Shown here: in pieces, positions 1-11,565 of the stretch
How the letters are laid out: each line of letters opens with the position of its first letter
Position numbering within the stretch: position 1 is the first letter of the stretch
Origin: Naegleria gruberi
Lineage: Eukaryota
Assembly: GCA_000004985.1 (NCBI GenBank)
Contig: GG738853.1
Direction: 5' to 3' (one strand)
Length of the DNA stretch: 64,000 nucleotides
Notes under the pieces: generated by a model
Told to the model about the DNA's origin: nothing
The model's database searches: none
What the model saw: only the letters and a program-made list of their open reading frames with translations
Position numbers and translations under genes: made by a program

Positions 1-812
1 GCAATGCCTTTACAATAGTTTCCTCAATAGCACCATCTTCTTGAATTGGCTCAAAGACAACTTGTGTACTCTTTTTTGTTAAATAATCCAAACGAGAGCC
101 AAGTTCCTTTTCCAAACTCTCCAATCGTTCCATAACAATCGATTCCTTCTCTGCTACAACTCTCAATCCACATGAATCATAGGAGAACTCCTCTTGTTCT
201 CTACACAAAGCTTTTGACATGACAATTTCCAATTTTTCCTTGACAGATAACACACCACAAGCAAGTGCATGGAAATATTTAACAATATTCTTTCTATCTT
301 CATAGCTACTTGCTTCCGAGACATGATCCATATGGTGAATATATTCACAAGTTAAAATTGATTGAATCAATGACCATCCTTCATACCAAGTAAACTATTT
401 TCCAAATATATTAACAAATTAATTTGAACATGATGATGATAATATTTAAATGTAAGCAATTAATCAACAATTAACATCAACAACTTACCACTCCACATAA
501 TAACTTATCCATCATGAATAAAATTTGTTTAATATTCAAGGTAGAAATAGGCTTGATAATTCCTTTTGAAAGTCTATCCTTTGGCCAATAAATATATTCC
601 TTGTTAGGTCCATTGAGAAAAGTATCCATCTTTTCATCTCCCATCTCTGTTGCACTCAAAATATCATATAAATTAAATCCTGGTCCGTGAACCATCTCTC
701 CCTCCTCGAATTCATCTTTTGTTGTATCACGGAGGAATTGTGTTACGTCCCTCCACTTACTACTTTCCAGAATTTCTTGTGAAGTTTTTGGTGGATTGTT
801 TGTTGTGCTCAT
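1..812 (-). CDS. N-alpha-acetyltransferase 35 (NatC auxiliary subunit, Mak10 family), 5' part of the gene. Exons complement(486..812) and complement(1..394); the gene continues past the window edge.
   Basis: The ORF 477..812 reads GEMVHGPGFNLYDILSATEMGDEKMD, the Mak10/NAA35 N-terminal signature. It runs into a GTAAGT donor at 485. A 91-nt intron ends at an AG at 395-396. The next exon continues in frame as FTWYEGWSLIQSILTCEYIHHMDH... to position 1. Confidence 0.6.
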
Positions 813-952
813 TTTTTTTAATTTTACTTTTAATTGTGTTGTGGAAATTGTTTAATTATTAAAAATTGATTGAGGTGAAGAAATGGTGATTTGTTGGGTG
901 GAAAGAATAAGTGCTCGAGAGGGAATGTTATTTTTTGGGAGAGTTTGAATCA

Positions 953-1809
953 TTAGTGGAGATGTGAAGAGTTCTTAATTAAATTCCAAACGTTGATAGA
1001 GTTTGAGAGCAATTTGTAATAAAACAGCAGTGGTCGAACAGCATATTGACCTAGCAGTGTACTCTTTGAGAGCTCTTCTATAACATTTCGAGGAAATGGA
1101 GCTATTGTCTTGAATATAATAGCCTCAACATCCTATAATTGGTAAATATATTAAGAGATTGAAACATTCAAACACTCACCTTCACATGTGTCAACTCCTT
1201 CTCCATTGAAATGGTCATGATAGAGTCCTGTCTTATTTTACTGGCATGCACCAATGTATGATCGAAAAACACATTTCCCGATGAAAGCATAACCAATCTA
1301 TAACTCAGGTTTTCATTTGAATATTCCATAAACTTTCCAATTGTTAATTCCGTTTCAATAATCCTAATCTTGACTTTTTCTTTGGACTGCAATAAACTTC
1401 TAATTGCGAGATTGTGTCGTTTATCCCTTTGAAGAAAATGATATTCACAAACAAAAGGATTCCATAAATTCATTTGAATGGTAGTTAATAAATCGTCAAG
1501 TTGATGTGCATCCTCCACATGTAATTGGCTCACCATGATGATACATGGATTGTAAGCATCTCCAGTCCTTATATCTTGCGAGATTTTCCTCACACTTTTT
1601 AGCATACTGTTATCTTCTTCACTTATTGGTATGTGCTTTGAATTTTCAATGGCATGTGGATTTATAATTGAGTTGTCTGTCACAGAAGTGATTGGATTTG
1701 TGTTCTGCTGATGTGAATAGATGACTTTCATAGAATAAATTACCAGCGAGACAGCTATCGTCGAAAGGATAATAAGGTTTAACAGTATAATTTTCTTTGC
1801 TGATTTCAT
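953..1809 (-). CDS. Hypothetical type II membrane protein (N-terminal signal anchor); exons complement(1180..1809) and complement(953..1132), with a 47-nt GTGAGT..TAG intron.
   Basis: The ORF 1168..1848 has a hydrophobic anchor ILLNLIILSTIAVSLVIY. It ends at a GTGAGT donor right after HVK. The downstream exon continues DVEAIIFKTIAPFPRN... to a TAA at 953. I recognise no homolog. Confidence 0.45.
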
Positions 1810-2319
1810 TGTTGTTGAATAAGTTACTATTGGTTTTATTATGAGCACAATTTTTTCAATATGTTAACATAGACTTTGAACAAAAGCACTCCAAGGTTAT
1901 CCGTTGTGGTAAATGATCTGGAAATGTCACCGACTCTCACACTATAATATATGTCAAAATAAATCTATTCGGAGTTTCAATAAGAAATAAGCAGTTGGAT
2001 GGACTGCAACTGTAACCGAGTTAGTATCGAGTAACTTGTGTATGGAACAAATAGGAAGCAGGTCTAAGTTTGTCTGGCCAATACCATGGAAATTCTTAGA
2101 TAACATGAGAAGGAGTAATAACCATGGCCATTTAAGGCAATCTATTTACTGAAGAATCAAACGAAACTGCTTCCTTTTTGCTGTTAGAAACAGTTCCATT
2201 TCATGTTTTGGCAATACCCTGATATTAGATGTTTGTTTAGTGGTCTCATTAGCATTTAATCCACTGTAAAATCTTTACCAAATCGATCTCAAGTTTATTG
2301 ATAAAACTTTATGAATAAT

Positions 2320-4047
2320 TTAATATGATCTACCGAACAAAGCCCACTTGTTTGGCTTTCTGTCAGATAATTCTGGACAGAAGACTTCACAATCACCCAA
2401 TGATGGATAAATAGATTGATCAAGAGGAACACACAATGACTTGGCAGCACCAGTCAATCCAGTGTTAGAATCAGAATCACTCAACATGGCGCTTTCCTTC
2501 TTGGATCTTTCCTTAATGTATTCTTCAGCCTTCTTTTCTTCTTCAATCTTGGCATCATATTCCTTACGTTCTTCTTCAGAGAGATCTTCCAAAACAACAT
2601 CATCTTTGTGAGTTTGACGCCATGGAATCAAAACTAAATTACCAGCATTGAGGGCAGTCATGAATTCTTCCCAAGTCCTAGCAACAGAAATTCTTTGATT
2701 TCTTACTTCTCTAGCCTTTTCCAACATGGAATTGTGAATCTTGTCCAAAATCTCATTGACGTATTGAGCAGTAAGTTGTTCAAGAGGAACTGACCATTTT
2801 TCACCATTATCTCTTCTACAAAGCATAGCTACACCATTTTCCAAATCCTTTGGACCAATTTCGATTCTCAAAGGAACACCACGAAGTTCCCAATAATTGT
2901 ACTTCCAACCTGGAGTCTTTTCCAAACGATCATCAAGCTTGATACGAACTCCATTTTCTTCAAGTTGAGCGAAAATTGTCTTTGACTTTGTTTCCAATTC
3001 ACTATTATCCTTATTCTTAAAGTAGAGAGGAATGAGAACAACTTGAGTGAAAGCAACTCTTGGTGGCAAGACCATACCCTTGTCATCACCGTGGACCATG
3101 ATCATAACACCCAATGAACGAGTTGACAAACCCCATGAATTTTGATAGACGAGCTTACTCTTCTTATCTTCAGCTTCGAATTCAATCTTGAACATTCTAG
3201 AGAAGTTTTGACCTAAGTGGTGACTTGTGGCAGCTTGAACAGCTCTACCATTTGTTGGAATGAAAGCTTCAATAGTTGTTGTAAAATCGGCTCCAGCAAA
3301 CTTTTCAGCTTCAGTCTTCTTACCCTTAATGACTGGAACAGCCAAAATTTCTTCATAAGTTCTCTTGTACAATTCCAAAATATCATAAACTTCAGTTTTA
3401 GCTTGTTCGAAATTCTTGAAAGCACTGTGACCTTCTTGCCAGTAGAATTCTCTTGATCTAATGAAAGGAACGGCATGTTTGAATTCCCATCTAACAACGT
3501 TGGTCCATTGGTTCAATTTTAATGGCAAATCTCTGTGAGACTTAATCCACTTGGCATATGATGGATACATAATAGTTTCGGAAGTTGGTCTCAAAGCGAT
3601 TGGTTCATCCAAATCAGAGTTACCAGACTTTGTAACCCAAGCAACTTCTGGGGAGAATCCTTCAACGTGATCCTTTTCAGTTTCGAGAGCTCTCTTGGTA
3701 ACAAACATTGGGAACATTACGTTTTGAACGCCCAACTTTTTAATGTGACCATCAAAGAAGTTTTGTACCTTTTCCCAGACATAGAAACAATTTGGTCTAA
3801 AGATATAACATCCACTGACTTCATAGTAATCAAGGAAATCACTCTTGGTGATAACTTGAGTATACCATTCAGAGAAGTTTTCAGCCTTCTTGACATCAAC
3901 ACCTTCGTTTTGTTTGTTTCCGGCAGCTGAAGATCCTTGTTGTTGTTTTGGAGCCTTTGGTTCTTTTGGTGGTTTGACCTTCTTTTCTCTTGGTTGCTTT
4001 TGAACAGTTTCAGCAACTGGAGTTTCTTGTTGTGGTGAATCAGACAT
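2320..4047 (-). CDS. Prolyl-tRNA synthetase, eukaryote/archaeal-type class II, with a Lys-rich N-terminal extension.
   Basis: A 575-aa protein with class II motifs (FRPNCFYVWE, RWEFKHAVPFIRSREFYWQEGH, GLSTRSLGVMIMVHGDDKGMVLPP). The C-terminal Zn-binding tail ...CVPLDQSIYPSLGDCEVFCPE is typical of cytosolic ProRS. Confidence 0.9.
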   Translation of the reverse strand: MSDSPQQETPVAETVQKQPREKKVKPPKEPKAPKQQQGSSAAGNKQNEGVDVKKAENFSEWYTQVITKSDFLDYYEVSGCYIFRPNCFYVWEKVQNFFDGHIKKLGVQNVMFPMFVTKRALETEKDHVEGFSPEVAWVTKSGNSDLDEPIALRPTSETIMYPSYAKWIKSHRDLPLKLNQWTNVVRWEFKHAVPFIRSREFYWQEGHSAFKNFEQAKTEVYDILELYKRTYEEILAVPVIKGKKTEAEKFAGADFTTTIEAFIPTNGRAVQAATSHHLGQNFSRMFKIEFEAEDKKSKLVYQNSWGLSTRSLGVMIMVHGDDKGMVLPPRVAFTQVVLIPLYFKNKDNSELETKSKTIFAQLEENGVRIKLDDRLEKTPGWKYNYWELRGVPLRIEIGPKDLENGVAMLCRRDNGEKWSVPLEQLTAQYVNEILDKIHNSMLEKAREVRNQRISVARTWEEFMTALNAGNLVLIPWRQTHKDDVVLEDLSEEERKEYDAKIEEEKKAEEYIKERSKKESAMLSDSDSNTGLTGAAKSLCVPLDQSIYPSLGDCEVFCPELSDRKPNKWALFGRSY

Positions 4048-4575
4048 CTGTGATGATGAAAAATATTTTTTTTTTAAAGATGATTTTAGTTTTTTGAAGA
4101 GGAAAATTTAAATAGTCACGATCAACTTTTATATTATTACACAATGAATTCAATATATTGGCAAAATAATATTATTAGTGGTTTGTGGTCTTTAGAAATA
4201 GCACATACTATGCAAATTAAAATCCCTATTTGAAGTCGGGTTTGGTGCAAATTTGAATTTCTTGTTGGAATTTGAAGCAAATTGAAGGCTTGTGACTCAG
4301 CTCATTTTTAAATTGCTTGGAACTAATAATAAGTAATACAACATTGTACGTTTGATGAGCTATCATGGATATCAAAGAACAATTATTGACTCTACATTGC
4401 TATCATTATTTCGAATCAAAGAAGCGTCGATGATCGTCAATACGAGCAATTATTGGTGTAATGAAAAGGTAATTTTTTCTCCAATCCAAAAACGACCATT
4501 TGTAAGAGTCAACCACTTGCGATCCCAATTTGTACATAAATCAGTACAAGAATTTATAAAAGTCAAACTTAAAAA

Positions 4576-4896
4576 ATGAGAGTACTTAGATCATTCAACA
4601 ACAACTTGAGAAAGCTCACCAGAGGACATGATGCCCACGCCCATCATCACGAGGTAAGTGAAAATAATATTTTGATCAAACCAACATTGGACTTGAACAA
4701 CAACAAAAAAACATTGTATTTAAATATTATTGATTAACAATAGCTCGTCTGCCTCAATAATGGACCACCATCAAAGGCTGCTGCCCTCACTTTCCTTGGA
4801 TCTTTGAGTGTTGTTCCAACTCTTTTGACTAGTTTGTGGTATGCCACTTATGTTGGTAATCCAATTACTAGAGCTTCCCAAAAGAAGGAAGAATAA
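4576..4896 (+). CDS. Small (~76 aa) protein with a presequence-like N-terminus and one TM helix; two exons, 4576..4653 and 4744..4896 (coordinates +/-2).
   Basis: The ATG sits in aaaaaATG context. Exon 1 reads MRVLRSFNNNLRKLTRGHDAHAHHHE, then a GTAAGT donor; the intron is 90 nt and ends AACAATAG. Exon 2 reads LVCLNNGPPSKAAALTFLGSLSVVPTLLTSLWYATYVGNPITRASQKKEE*. It resembles small mitochondrial inner-membrane subunits, but I cannot assign a family. Confidence 0.35.
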
Positions 4897-4976
4897 ATCC
4901 ATTCAGCTAGCATGCAAAATAACTAGTAAATATCGAGATGGGCCAAACAGAAAAAAGAAAATAAATTAGGTTGGTT

Positions 4977-6737
4977 TTATTCATTATCACTGTCGTTGTA
5001 TTCTCTTCTCTTTTTACTTTCAGGTTCTTCGAGTGTAGAATCGTGGTTTTGTTTCATCATTTCTTTCAAAGCCATTGTTGCAGCCATTTGTGCTATTCCA
5101 ACTGCCTTTTCTTGTTCTTGTTTAAAGTATTCGGTTGGTGTTTGTGGACCTAGTTGATTTTGAGGAGCTGTCTCTTTTCTTGGCTTTGAGAGAGCAGCAT
5201 TGGTTGTTCTCATAATTGATGAGGTGTAACCATCCCAGATTTGATCAGTACCAACAGATGAGCCTTCTTGTGTTTCACTATCTTCATTCCATGAGGCAAT
5301 AACTTTGGTCATTTCAATACCTGGAGCAATGTTAGTTTTTTCTCTCTTTGCCTTTTCTCTTTCTTTCTGTTCAAAGTATTGTGGATTAATTGTAGAAACT
5401 TTGAGATGTTTCTCTGCTCTATCAACTGGAATGAGTTCACCAGTTTTTTTATCCTTAAACATGAGAGGTGTGGATGATTTGACACCTTTTTGAGGTTGAT
5501 AAGTTCTGGCAAATCTACTCGGATCTAACTCTTCCTCATCCTCATCTTCATCATTCATACGGTTTTCTTCTTGTATATCTGTAAAGGTTGGTTCTGCAGG
5601 ATTAACATTTTCATCTTCGTTTGTTTCCATTTGATTCATATCTGAATCAGCAAATCCACTTGGATACATATTTTCATAAATATTTTCCTCTGGTTCTACA
5701 AATTCTTGTTCATTGATTTCCTCTTCCTCTTCCTCGTCGTCCATTTCAATTTCATTAATATCTTCATCAAAATCTATTGTCTGTACTACAATAAAGTCTT
5801 GCCAGTCAATCATGTCGAATACTGATTTGTCTTCATCTCTACCAAGTTGTTCCTTTCTTTGATTTTCTTCTTGTATCAATTCCCATTCAGCTTTCTGAAG
5901 GAGCATATCGAGTACTTGTAATTTCTTATCACTATCTGAGAACATGTTGAGATATTTAAAGATGTGATCTTCTGGCTTAACTGAAATTTGTTGAAGTTCA
6001 GAATTTGGATTATTTGGAATGTTATTTTCTTGATTGTACTTTTGAATTTGCATTGGTGTTAATCGGTCTGGGTGGATAATTCCAGTATAGATATCTACAA
6101 GCTTTGTGAAAAAGTGAAAGTGTCTGTGATTAGGCTTTAAAAAATCAAATTGAGGATTACTACTTTCCAAAGATGCAATTTCGAACATAAATTGCTTTCC
6201 ATTAGCAGCTGTATATTGAGCAGTCAATTTGATAATATCCAATTCTAAAGGTTTAATCGAGGAAGGAATTGTTGTATCATAGAAATATTCGAATGGGTCC
6301 CTAGTTGGTTTTTCTCGAGATCTGTTCATGTAAAATGCAACAGAGGCACTCTTAGATATGTTTCCAACAGTAATTTCCGACTTTTCTGATTTTAATGTTT
6401 CAAAATCGTCATCATCATCTTTAAATTCATCATTCTCAAATTCCTCTTCCAAGGTTTTAAATTTCTTTAATTTTTCCACAATATGTTTATAATACTTGTT
6501 GTATGGATTTTCTGGGAGGAGGAAATTAAATGTATTTTCATTACTTGACAAGAGTTGTTTCTCGGGAATTTTACTAGATACAATATGTTCTGCGGTAACT
6601 TCAATGGTCCTCTTCAATGCTGGAGGTGGAATAATAATTCCAATCTTTTTAGAATCGGTTGCTAATTCCGAAGATGATCCAAGACCACCGATCAGTGTAT
6701 TGTTATTAGTGTGGGATGAAGGGTGAGGATTTTGCAT
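4977..6737 (-). CDS. Splicing factor 3a subunit 1 (SF3A1/Prp21) homolog.
   Basis: A 586-aa protein with two SURP modules (IIPPPALKRTIEVTAEHIVSSKIPEKQ...; LELDIIKLTAQYTAANGKQFMFEIASLESSNPQFDFL) and acidic linker regions. Confidence 0.85.
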   Translation of the reverse strand: MQNPHPSSHTNNNTLIGGLGSSSELATDSKKIGIIIPPPALKRTIEVTAEHIVSSKIPEKQLLSSNENTFNFLLPENPYNKYYKHIVEKLKKFKTLEEEFENDEFKDDDDDFETLKSEKSEITVGNISKSASVAFYMNRSREKPTRDPFEYFYDTTIPSSIKPLELDIIKLTAQYTAANGKQFMFEIASLESSNPQFDFLKPNHRHFHFFTKLVDIYTGIIHPDRLTPMQIQKYNQENNIPNNPNSELQQISVKPEDHIFKYLNMFSDSDKKLQVLDMLLQKAEWELIQEENQRKEQLGRDEDKSVFDMIDWQDFIVVQTIDFDEDINEIEMDDEEEEEEINEQEFVEPEENIYENMYPSGFADSDMNQMETNEDENVNPAEPTFTDIQEENRMNDEDEDEEELDPSRFARTYQPQKGVKSSTPLMFKDKKTGELIPVDRAEKHLKVSTINPQYFEQKEREKAKREKTNIAPGIEMTKVIASWNEDSETQEGSSVGTDQIWDGYTSSIMRTTNAALSKPRKETAPQNQLGPQTPTEYFKQEQEKAVGIAQMAATMALKEMMKQNHDSTLEEPESKKRREYNDSDNE

Positions 6738-6885
6738 TTTTTTTGATTTTATTAAAAATAATTGAACAAGTTGTTTTATAGTGGATGCAAATATTATTGA
6801 CCTAATGAATAACTTTGATTACACAAATACTAATTAAATAAATAATTTTAAATAGTACCTAATGGTTGAAAATTTTGTTTTTTTA

Positions 6886-8133
6886 TTATATACTTTGCTC
6901 AGAAATGAGATCCTCTGGAGGAACATCCAATTGTTTGAAAAAGGACATGGAAAAGAATGGATTTTCACCTCCATCATCATAGGCAACCACATGGTTTGAA
7001 GAAACAGTTATAATCTTTCCATCTAATCTCTTAGCTCTAAAAACTATGAAACAATTATCATTGCTTGCAAGGGCAGATTGTAAAAATGTTGAAAATACTC
7101 GTTGGCGATCTTCCTGAACAACAACATCACTCCACTTGCTAACAATACTCCTAAATTGTTCCAAATCATCATAACCAAGTAGTTTCAAAACACAAGAGTT
7201 GGCACTTAAAATCCTTCCAGTGTCTCCACTCGTTATTATGACTCCCAAACCAGAGCTGGCTCTTCCCAGAAAGTTATTCTTGAATTCTACAAAGCTTGAA
7301 GCAAAATCTGTTAATTCTCCCTTTACACGAGCATTTTCTTGTTTGAGAGTTTGGATTTCACCCTCTAAGGATTGAATTTTAGCAATCAAGTTTTGAATTT
7401 GTTGGTTGTTTGAACCTGGCAAAGAGGCTATTTGTGATTGCTGTTGTTGTGGCTGTTGTTGTGGAACTGCAAAGTTCTGGTTGGCTAAAATAGAGGCCAA
7501 TAAGCTTACCGATGATTGATTACTGTTGTTATTATTATTAACTGGTCTTTGATTACCAGAGAGTGGAGTAAAATTAAAAGGAGGAGAAGATTGAGGGTAA
7601 GGTTGTTGAGTATTATTCATCATTGGATAGGGAGATGAGCTTGGAGAAGGTGTATTAAATTGTTGTTGTTGTTGTTGCTGATTATTCTGGTAGTTGTTTG
7701 GAGATCTTTGAAGAGATTGAAAAAGAGATGGAGGAATCTGACCACTATTATTGTTGCTCATATTGTTGATGGAAGGGAAATTATTGTTAGGTTGAAGGGG
7801 TGAAGCAATAGTATTAGTAGCTTGTTGTTGTTGTTTGGAAATGTTATTGAATTGGAGGAATTTAGAGATGGTATTATTGATGATATTTTGTCCAACAACA
7901 GGATCAATTAATAAATCGCCTCCCTCGTTGTTGTTATTATTATTATTGGTACTACTATTATTTAAAGTAGAACTTGTTGTACGGAAGGATGACTCTTGTG
8001 ATAGGAATGAATTGATATCCGAGAGTTGTTGTTGTTGTGGTTGAGCAGTAGTGGTATTGGAAGAAGACTTGTTGGCTCCTGGATTATTATTATTGTTATT
8101 ATTGGAAAAGAATGGATTGGATGGATCGTTCAT
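6886..8133 (-). CDS. Poly-N/poly-Q protein with a coiled-coil segment and a C-terminal PAS-like domain.
   Basis: Long N and Q homopolymers, a heptad-like region (IQNLIAKIQSLEGEIQTLKQENARVKGEL) and a C-terminal globular part (GVIITSGDTGRILSANSCVLKLLGYDDLEQFRS...). The first ATG is 15 nt inside the TTG-initiated track ORF. Confidence 0.5.
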   Translation of the reverse strand: MNDPSNPFFSNNNNNNNPGANKSSSNTTTAQPQQQQLSDINSFLSQESSFRTTSSTLNNSSTNNNNNNNEGGDLLIDPVVGQNIINNTISKFLQFNNISKQQQQATNTIASPLQPNNNFPSINNMSNNNSGQIPPSLFQSLQRSPNNYQNNQQQQQQQFNTPSPSSSPYPMMNNTQQPYPQSSPPFNFTPLSGNQRPVNNNNNSNQSSVSLLASILANQNFAVPQQQPQQQQSQIASLPGSNNQQIQNLIAKIQSLEGEIQTLKQENARVKGELTDFASSFVEFKNNFLGRASSGLGVIITSGDTGRILSANSCVLKLLGYDDLEQFRSIVSKWSDVVVQEDRQRVFSTFLQSALASNDNCFIVFRAKRLDGKIITVSSNHVVAYDDGGENPFFSMSFFKQLDVPPEDLISEQSI

Positions 8134-8872
8134 CGAGTGGTTCTTCAATTAATTGTTGCTATTTTAAATAGGATTAGATGACTGAAAAACAATGAGATAG
8201 TGGCTGAGTTTGTAAAAGAAATAATATCTCTAGACACAAAACTTGTGTGTTTCTGTTCTTGGAGTTGATGTTGTTGTGCAGTAGCAATAAAATCAAACCG
8301 CAACACATAGAAAAAAGTGCGGAATACCTTTTGCTAAATTTTTTAAATTGTTTCAGGTACGGTTTTGCGAGTTGCTGATAAAATTGCTAAATGCAAGTAC
8401 CAGATAAAAATCTCCCGTAAGCCAAGGTAGTCAAATAAGAGAATGAACGCTTTGGTTGAGGAGAAGTATCCCAAATTTATGAATCGCTTCTATGAAACCT
8501 TATTTGTTTTCTTATGAAAATGAAAATAATTAGAAAAATCAAACAACACAGGAAAAAGCAATAAGAATATTCTTCAAGATTCTTATCCTTGTACACTAAG
8601 GAAAGAATATTCTCTCAATGATTGTTTTATTAACTAACAACAATTGACTTGAGTGAATATTCGTTCATTCGTAGGAAATTCTGACTTCCAAAAATGTCGG
8701 GGAAAATCTTGATAAATATGATCACTAGTAAGAATCTTTGCAAAGATATCAATTATTTCCTGGAAAGGAATTTACAATAATAATTGAAAAATAATAAATA
8801 ATATATGAATTCAATATCAAAGCAAAAATCACCTTCATTCTTTTTGTTGATGAAAAAGTTAATAATAAAAAA

Positions 8873-9964
8873 ATGTCATCAAATCATCACAATTTTGATA
8901 CCAATTTTGATACTGTTCTTGCATTCAACATTTTGAAATTCACTCATCATGAAGAGTGGAGTGTTATCAAGCCATTTCTCATCTCATCTTCATTTAGGAA
9001 TGTATTTGAATCGGAGGAGTTTGCAAAGCAATACTTGTTGAATTGGTTTCAATTATCGGAAGAGGAGATTAATCAATTGGAAAGATTTGGTCTTGAATTT
9101 GGAAGGATTTGGAAAAACAATTCAGAAAATACAGATGAACAACCACAAAAGAAGAGAAAGATGGATCGTGAAATTGTAACAGAGACCTTTTCACCTCCAC
9201 AAACAATGAATGAAATTTTACAAATGTACACCAAACTATTCTATAAAGTAAATCTGGAAAAGACCAAGACACGTATCATTGAAACATTGAATAATTATAA
9301 TAGAGGTGATAGGAATAGTGCAGAAAAGATTTCAGAAATTAAAAAATTGGTTGCCTGTATGGAGTGTGATGAACTGATTGCTCAATCATTCAAACGATTT
9401 GGTAACAATAGTTTGGCAAGTGTTGAGACTAAGGAGAAGGACTTTACATTTAATAGATTAACAGTTCAACAATGTTTTGGAAGAGTGAAAGAAGTTTTTC
9501 TGTTGGATCATGTTGTGGAGGAAAGAGTTACTGATTTTGTTACCAAGAATGAGATTATTGTATTTACAAATATTGGATATCCTCTCTTACTGAAAACAAC
9601 ATTTATTAATGGATATAGTCTTGATCAATCTGAGAATTTATACATTTACTCTCACGAATTATTCAACAATCAGAGAAGAGAAAACATGAGAGTAAGTCAA
9701 TATTCTCAAACTCACAATCAAGAGCTTTTAGATTCACTGAAAACAATACTCCTTTCCAAAAGAGCGAATGAGTTTTTGATAAGAAATGGAGTCAAAGTTC
9801 ATCAAATTGATGATGTAAAACAAGCAATGATTTATGATTTTCTAGAATTGAGTTTTGGAAGTTTCAATTCATCCTTTAGATTGGACAGCTTGGGCTGGAT
9901 TCCTTTTGTAGGAAAGGTTAAGGGTGATGGAGATGATTACGAATCAGACGATTCTGACTATTAG
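8873..9964 (+). CDS. Hypothetical protein (363 aa).
   Basis: A long ORF with an ATG in A-rich context and protein-like composition. I recognise no domain. Confidence 0.45.
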   Translation: MSSNHHNFDTNFDTVLAFNILKFTHHEEWSVIKPFLISSSFRNVFESEEFAKQYLLNWFQLSEEEINQLERFGLEFGRIWKNNSENTDEQPQKKRKMDREIVTETFSPPQTMNEILQMYTKLFYKVNLEKTKTRIIETLNNYNRGDRNSAEKISEIKKLVACMECDELIAQSFKRFGNNSLASVETKEKDFTFNRLTVQQCFGRVKEVFLLDHVVEERVTDFVTKNEIIVFTNIGYPLLLKTTFINGYSLDQSENLYIYSHELFNNQRRENMRVSQYSQTHNQELLDSLKTILLSKRANEFLIRNGVKVHQIDDVKQAMIYDFLELSFGSFNSSFRLDSLGWIPFVGKVKGDGDDYESDDSDY

Positions 9965-10499
9965 AAATAATCAGATTATTCAATAACTCCAGTTTTTCTG
10001 GAGAATAATTGTTTCAAGGTAGAATCAAGTTTATTCAGCAGAAGGAGGGTAACATCTATTCCTTTGAACACTATCTTGTTTCAAATAACAGGATTTACCA
10101 GAATTATTTTCCCAGTAATTATTTAGATACTGATATATTTGTATCATTAGGAATGACTAGCTTTTGTGAAATGTATAGACTTTGGAAAGTGTCAGAATTT
10201 GGATTTGTGGGTATTGTGGTCGATTTGATTGTTTGTTGCTTATTGCCATAATTATTATAATTAAATATCAAATTAAAACTCAGTAAATATAACTCTTACT
10301 ACCTATACGGATATTTATACGTAAACTCATCAATGTTTGGAAAATATTCAATCACATTCATAATACTCCCACAGAGGGGCCATTAAATAAACGAATCTTT
10401 ACAATGTAAGGCAGCAAATCCCTACACGAATCTTAGATAGTCTAAAGATTTGGTCTCAGGTTGTTATTGATATAAGAGACATTAATAAAGTTTCACGTT

Positions 10500-10830
10500 T
10501 TATTGTTCTCTAATAGCACCAATAAAAAGTGATGTTAATTGTTTCATTTCACGTATGAATTTGGATCCTTCTACACCAATTTGATTGTGACTAATGTCAA
10601 GCGATGTTAATTGTTTCATTTCACTTATGAATTTGGATCCTTCTACACCAATTTGATTGTGACTAATATTAAGTGATGTTAATTGTTTCATATCACTTAT
10701 GAATTTGGATCCCTCTACACCAATTTCATTATAATATATATCAAGTGATGTTAATTGTTTCATTTCATGTATGAATTTGGATCCTTCTACACCAATTTGA
10801 TTGTTCCCAATATTAAGTAATGTTAATTGT
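10500..10830 (-). repeat. About 5 tandem 66-bp coding repeats (LRR units) inside the F-box/LRR gene.
   Basis: Near-identical 66-nt units ...ttggatccttctacaccaatttgattgtgactaat... recur in the DNA. Confidence 0.7.
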
Positions 10831-11210
10831 TTCATTCCACTTATGAATTTAACTTTATCTGGAGAGTTAAGCAACCTAAAGGAACACTTAACATTTACAA
10901 TACTATTCATGAATTGACTTTTCATTAACAATTCAATTCTATTTTCTGTAAATTGTTTTTTAAATTGAATAACAAGTTTTGAACGTTCCTTGATCACATT
11001 AAACCATTGTTTTGAAATTAAAGTACAATTATTTAAAATAAACCACGAATCAAGCATTGAAATTATTTCAAAACAAACATCATCTGAAAATATTTCTTTT
11101 TCGAGTTTTACAAGCTTTGCTTTCTCTTCCATATTAGTATTGTTAGTGAATATTTCCTCCAAATTAATGAATTGATGATTTTCAAAATCTTGTCTGTTTC
11201 GTTTGCTCAT
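10500..11210 (-). CDS. F-box-like / leucine-rich-repeat protein (22-aa LRR units).
   Basis: The N-terminus has an F-box-like stretch (ISMLDSWFILNNCTLISKQWFNVI). The C-terminus has about 5 tandem 22-aa repeats LTSLDISHNQIGVEGSKFIxEMKQ, visible as a 66-bp DNA periodicity. Confidence 0.6.
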   Translation of the reverse strand: MSKRNRQDFENHQFINLEEIFTNNTNMEEKAKLVKLEKEIFSDDVCFEIISMLDSWFILNNCTLISKQWFNVIKERSKLVIQFKKQFTENRIELLMKSQFMNSIVNVKCSFRLLNSPDKVKFISGMKQLTLLNIGNNQIGVEGSKFIHEMKQLTSLDIYYNEIGVEGSKFISDMKQLTSLNISHNQIGVEGSKFISEMKQLTSLDISHNQIGVEGSKFIREMKQLTSLFIGAIREQ

Positions 11211-11392
11211 TTTTTTAATTAAACCTTTGTGTCACTCCAATCCAAAATCAATAATCTTAATAATTCCTCTAATTTTTATGTTAATAATTCACATCGCCAA
11301 AATTTGAACCTGATAATTTTTAAAAGCAATTCATTAACCTTCGAGAAAATACTAATATATTCAATCATCTCGTAAGATGTATTAGCAAAAAA

Positions 11393-11510
11393 GACTACGG
11401 CACCACAGGTTCCCAAGTTGTCTCCAACCTCAGTACTGATGTGGCTCGACGATGCTTAACTTCTCAAATCGGACGGGATGAGGTGCATTCATCGTGATAT
11501 GGCCGTAGCC
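11393..11510 (-). rRNA. 5S ribosomal RNA gene, copy 1 (minus strand).
   Basis: A 118-nt sequence GGCTACGGCCATATCACGATGAATGCACCTCATCCCGTCCGATTTGAGAAGTTAAGCATCG... forms helix I with its 3' end. It is followed on its own strand by a T6 run (plus 11387..11392). It differs from the copy at 33851 by 1 nt. Confidence 0.9.
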
Positions 11511-11565
11511 ATTCTCTATACTAAATTAAGGTTTATCAAAAGAGTCAGCCTTAAAAGTTTATGCT
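11511..11565 (-). promoter_or_regulatory. Conserved ~55-bp upstream block of the 5S gene, including a CCTTAATTTA box at -21..-12.
   Basis: The -55..-1 region (aaacttttaaggctgactct tttgataaaccttaatttagtatagagaat) is about 85% identical to the upstream region of the second 5S copy. Similarity ends beyond -55. Confidence 0.55.

Noticed and set aside
8440-8520. Weak resemblance of ...gaatcgcttctatgaaacc... to the U2 snRNA 5' end (ATCGCTTCTCGGCC).
   Set aside because: Only 9 nt match. There is no branch-point-interaction sequence (GTGTAGTA), no Sm site and no stem-loops. It is treated as chance.
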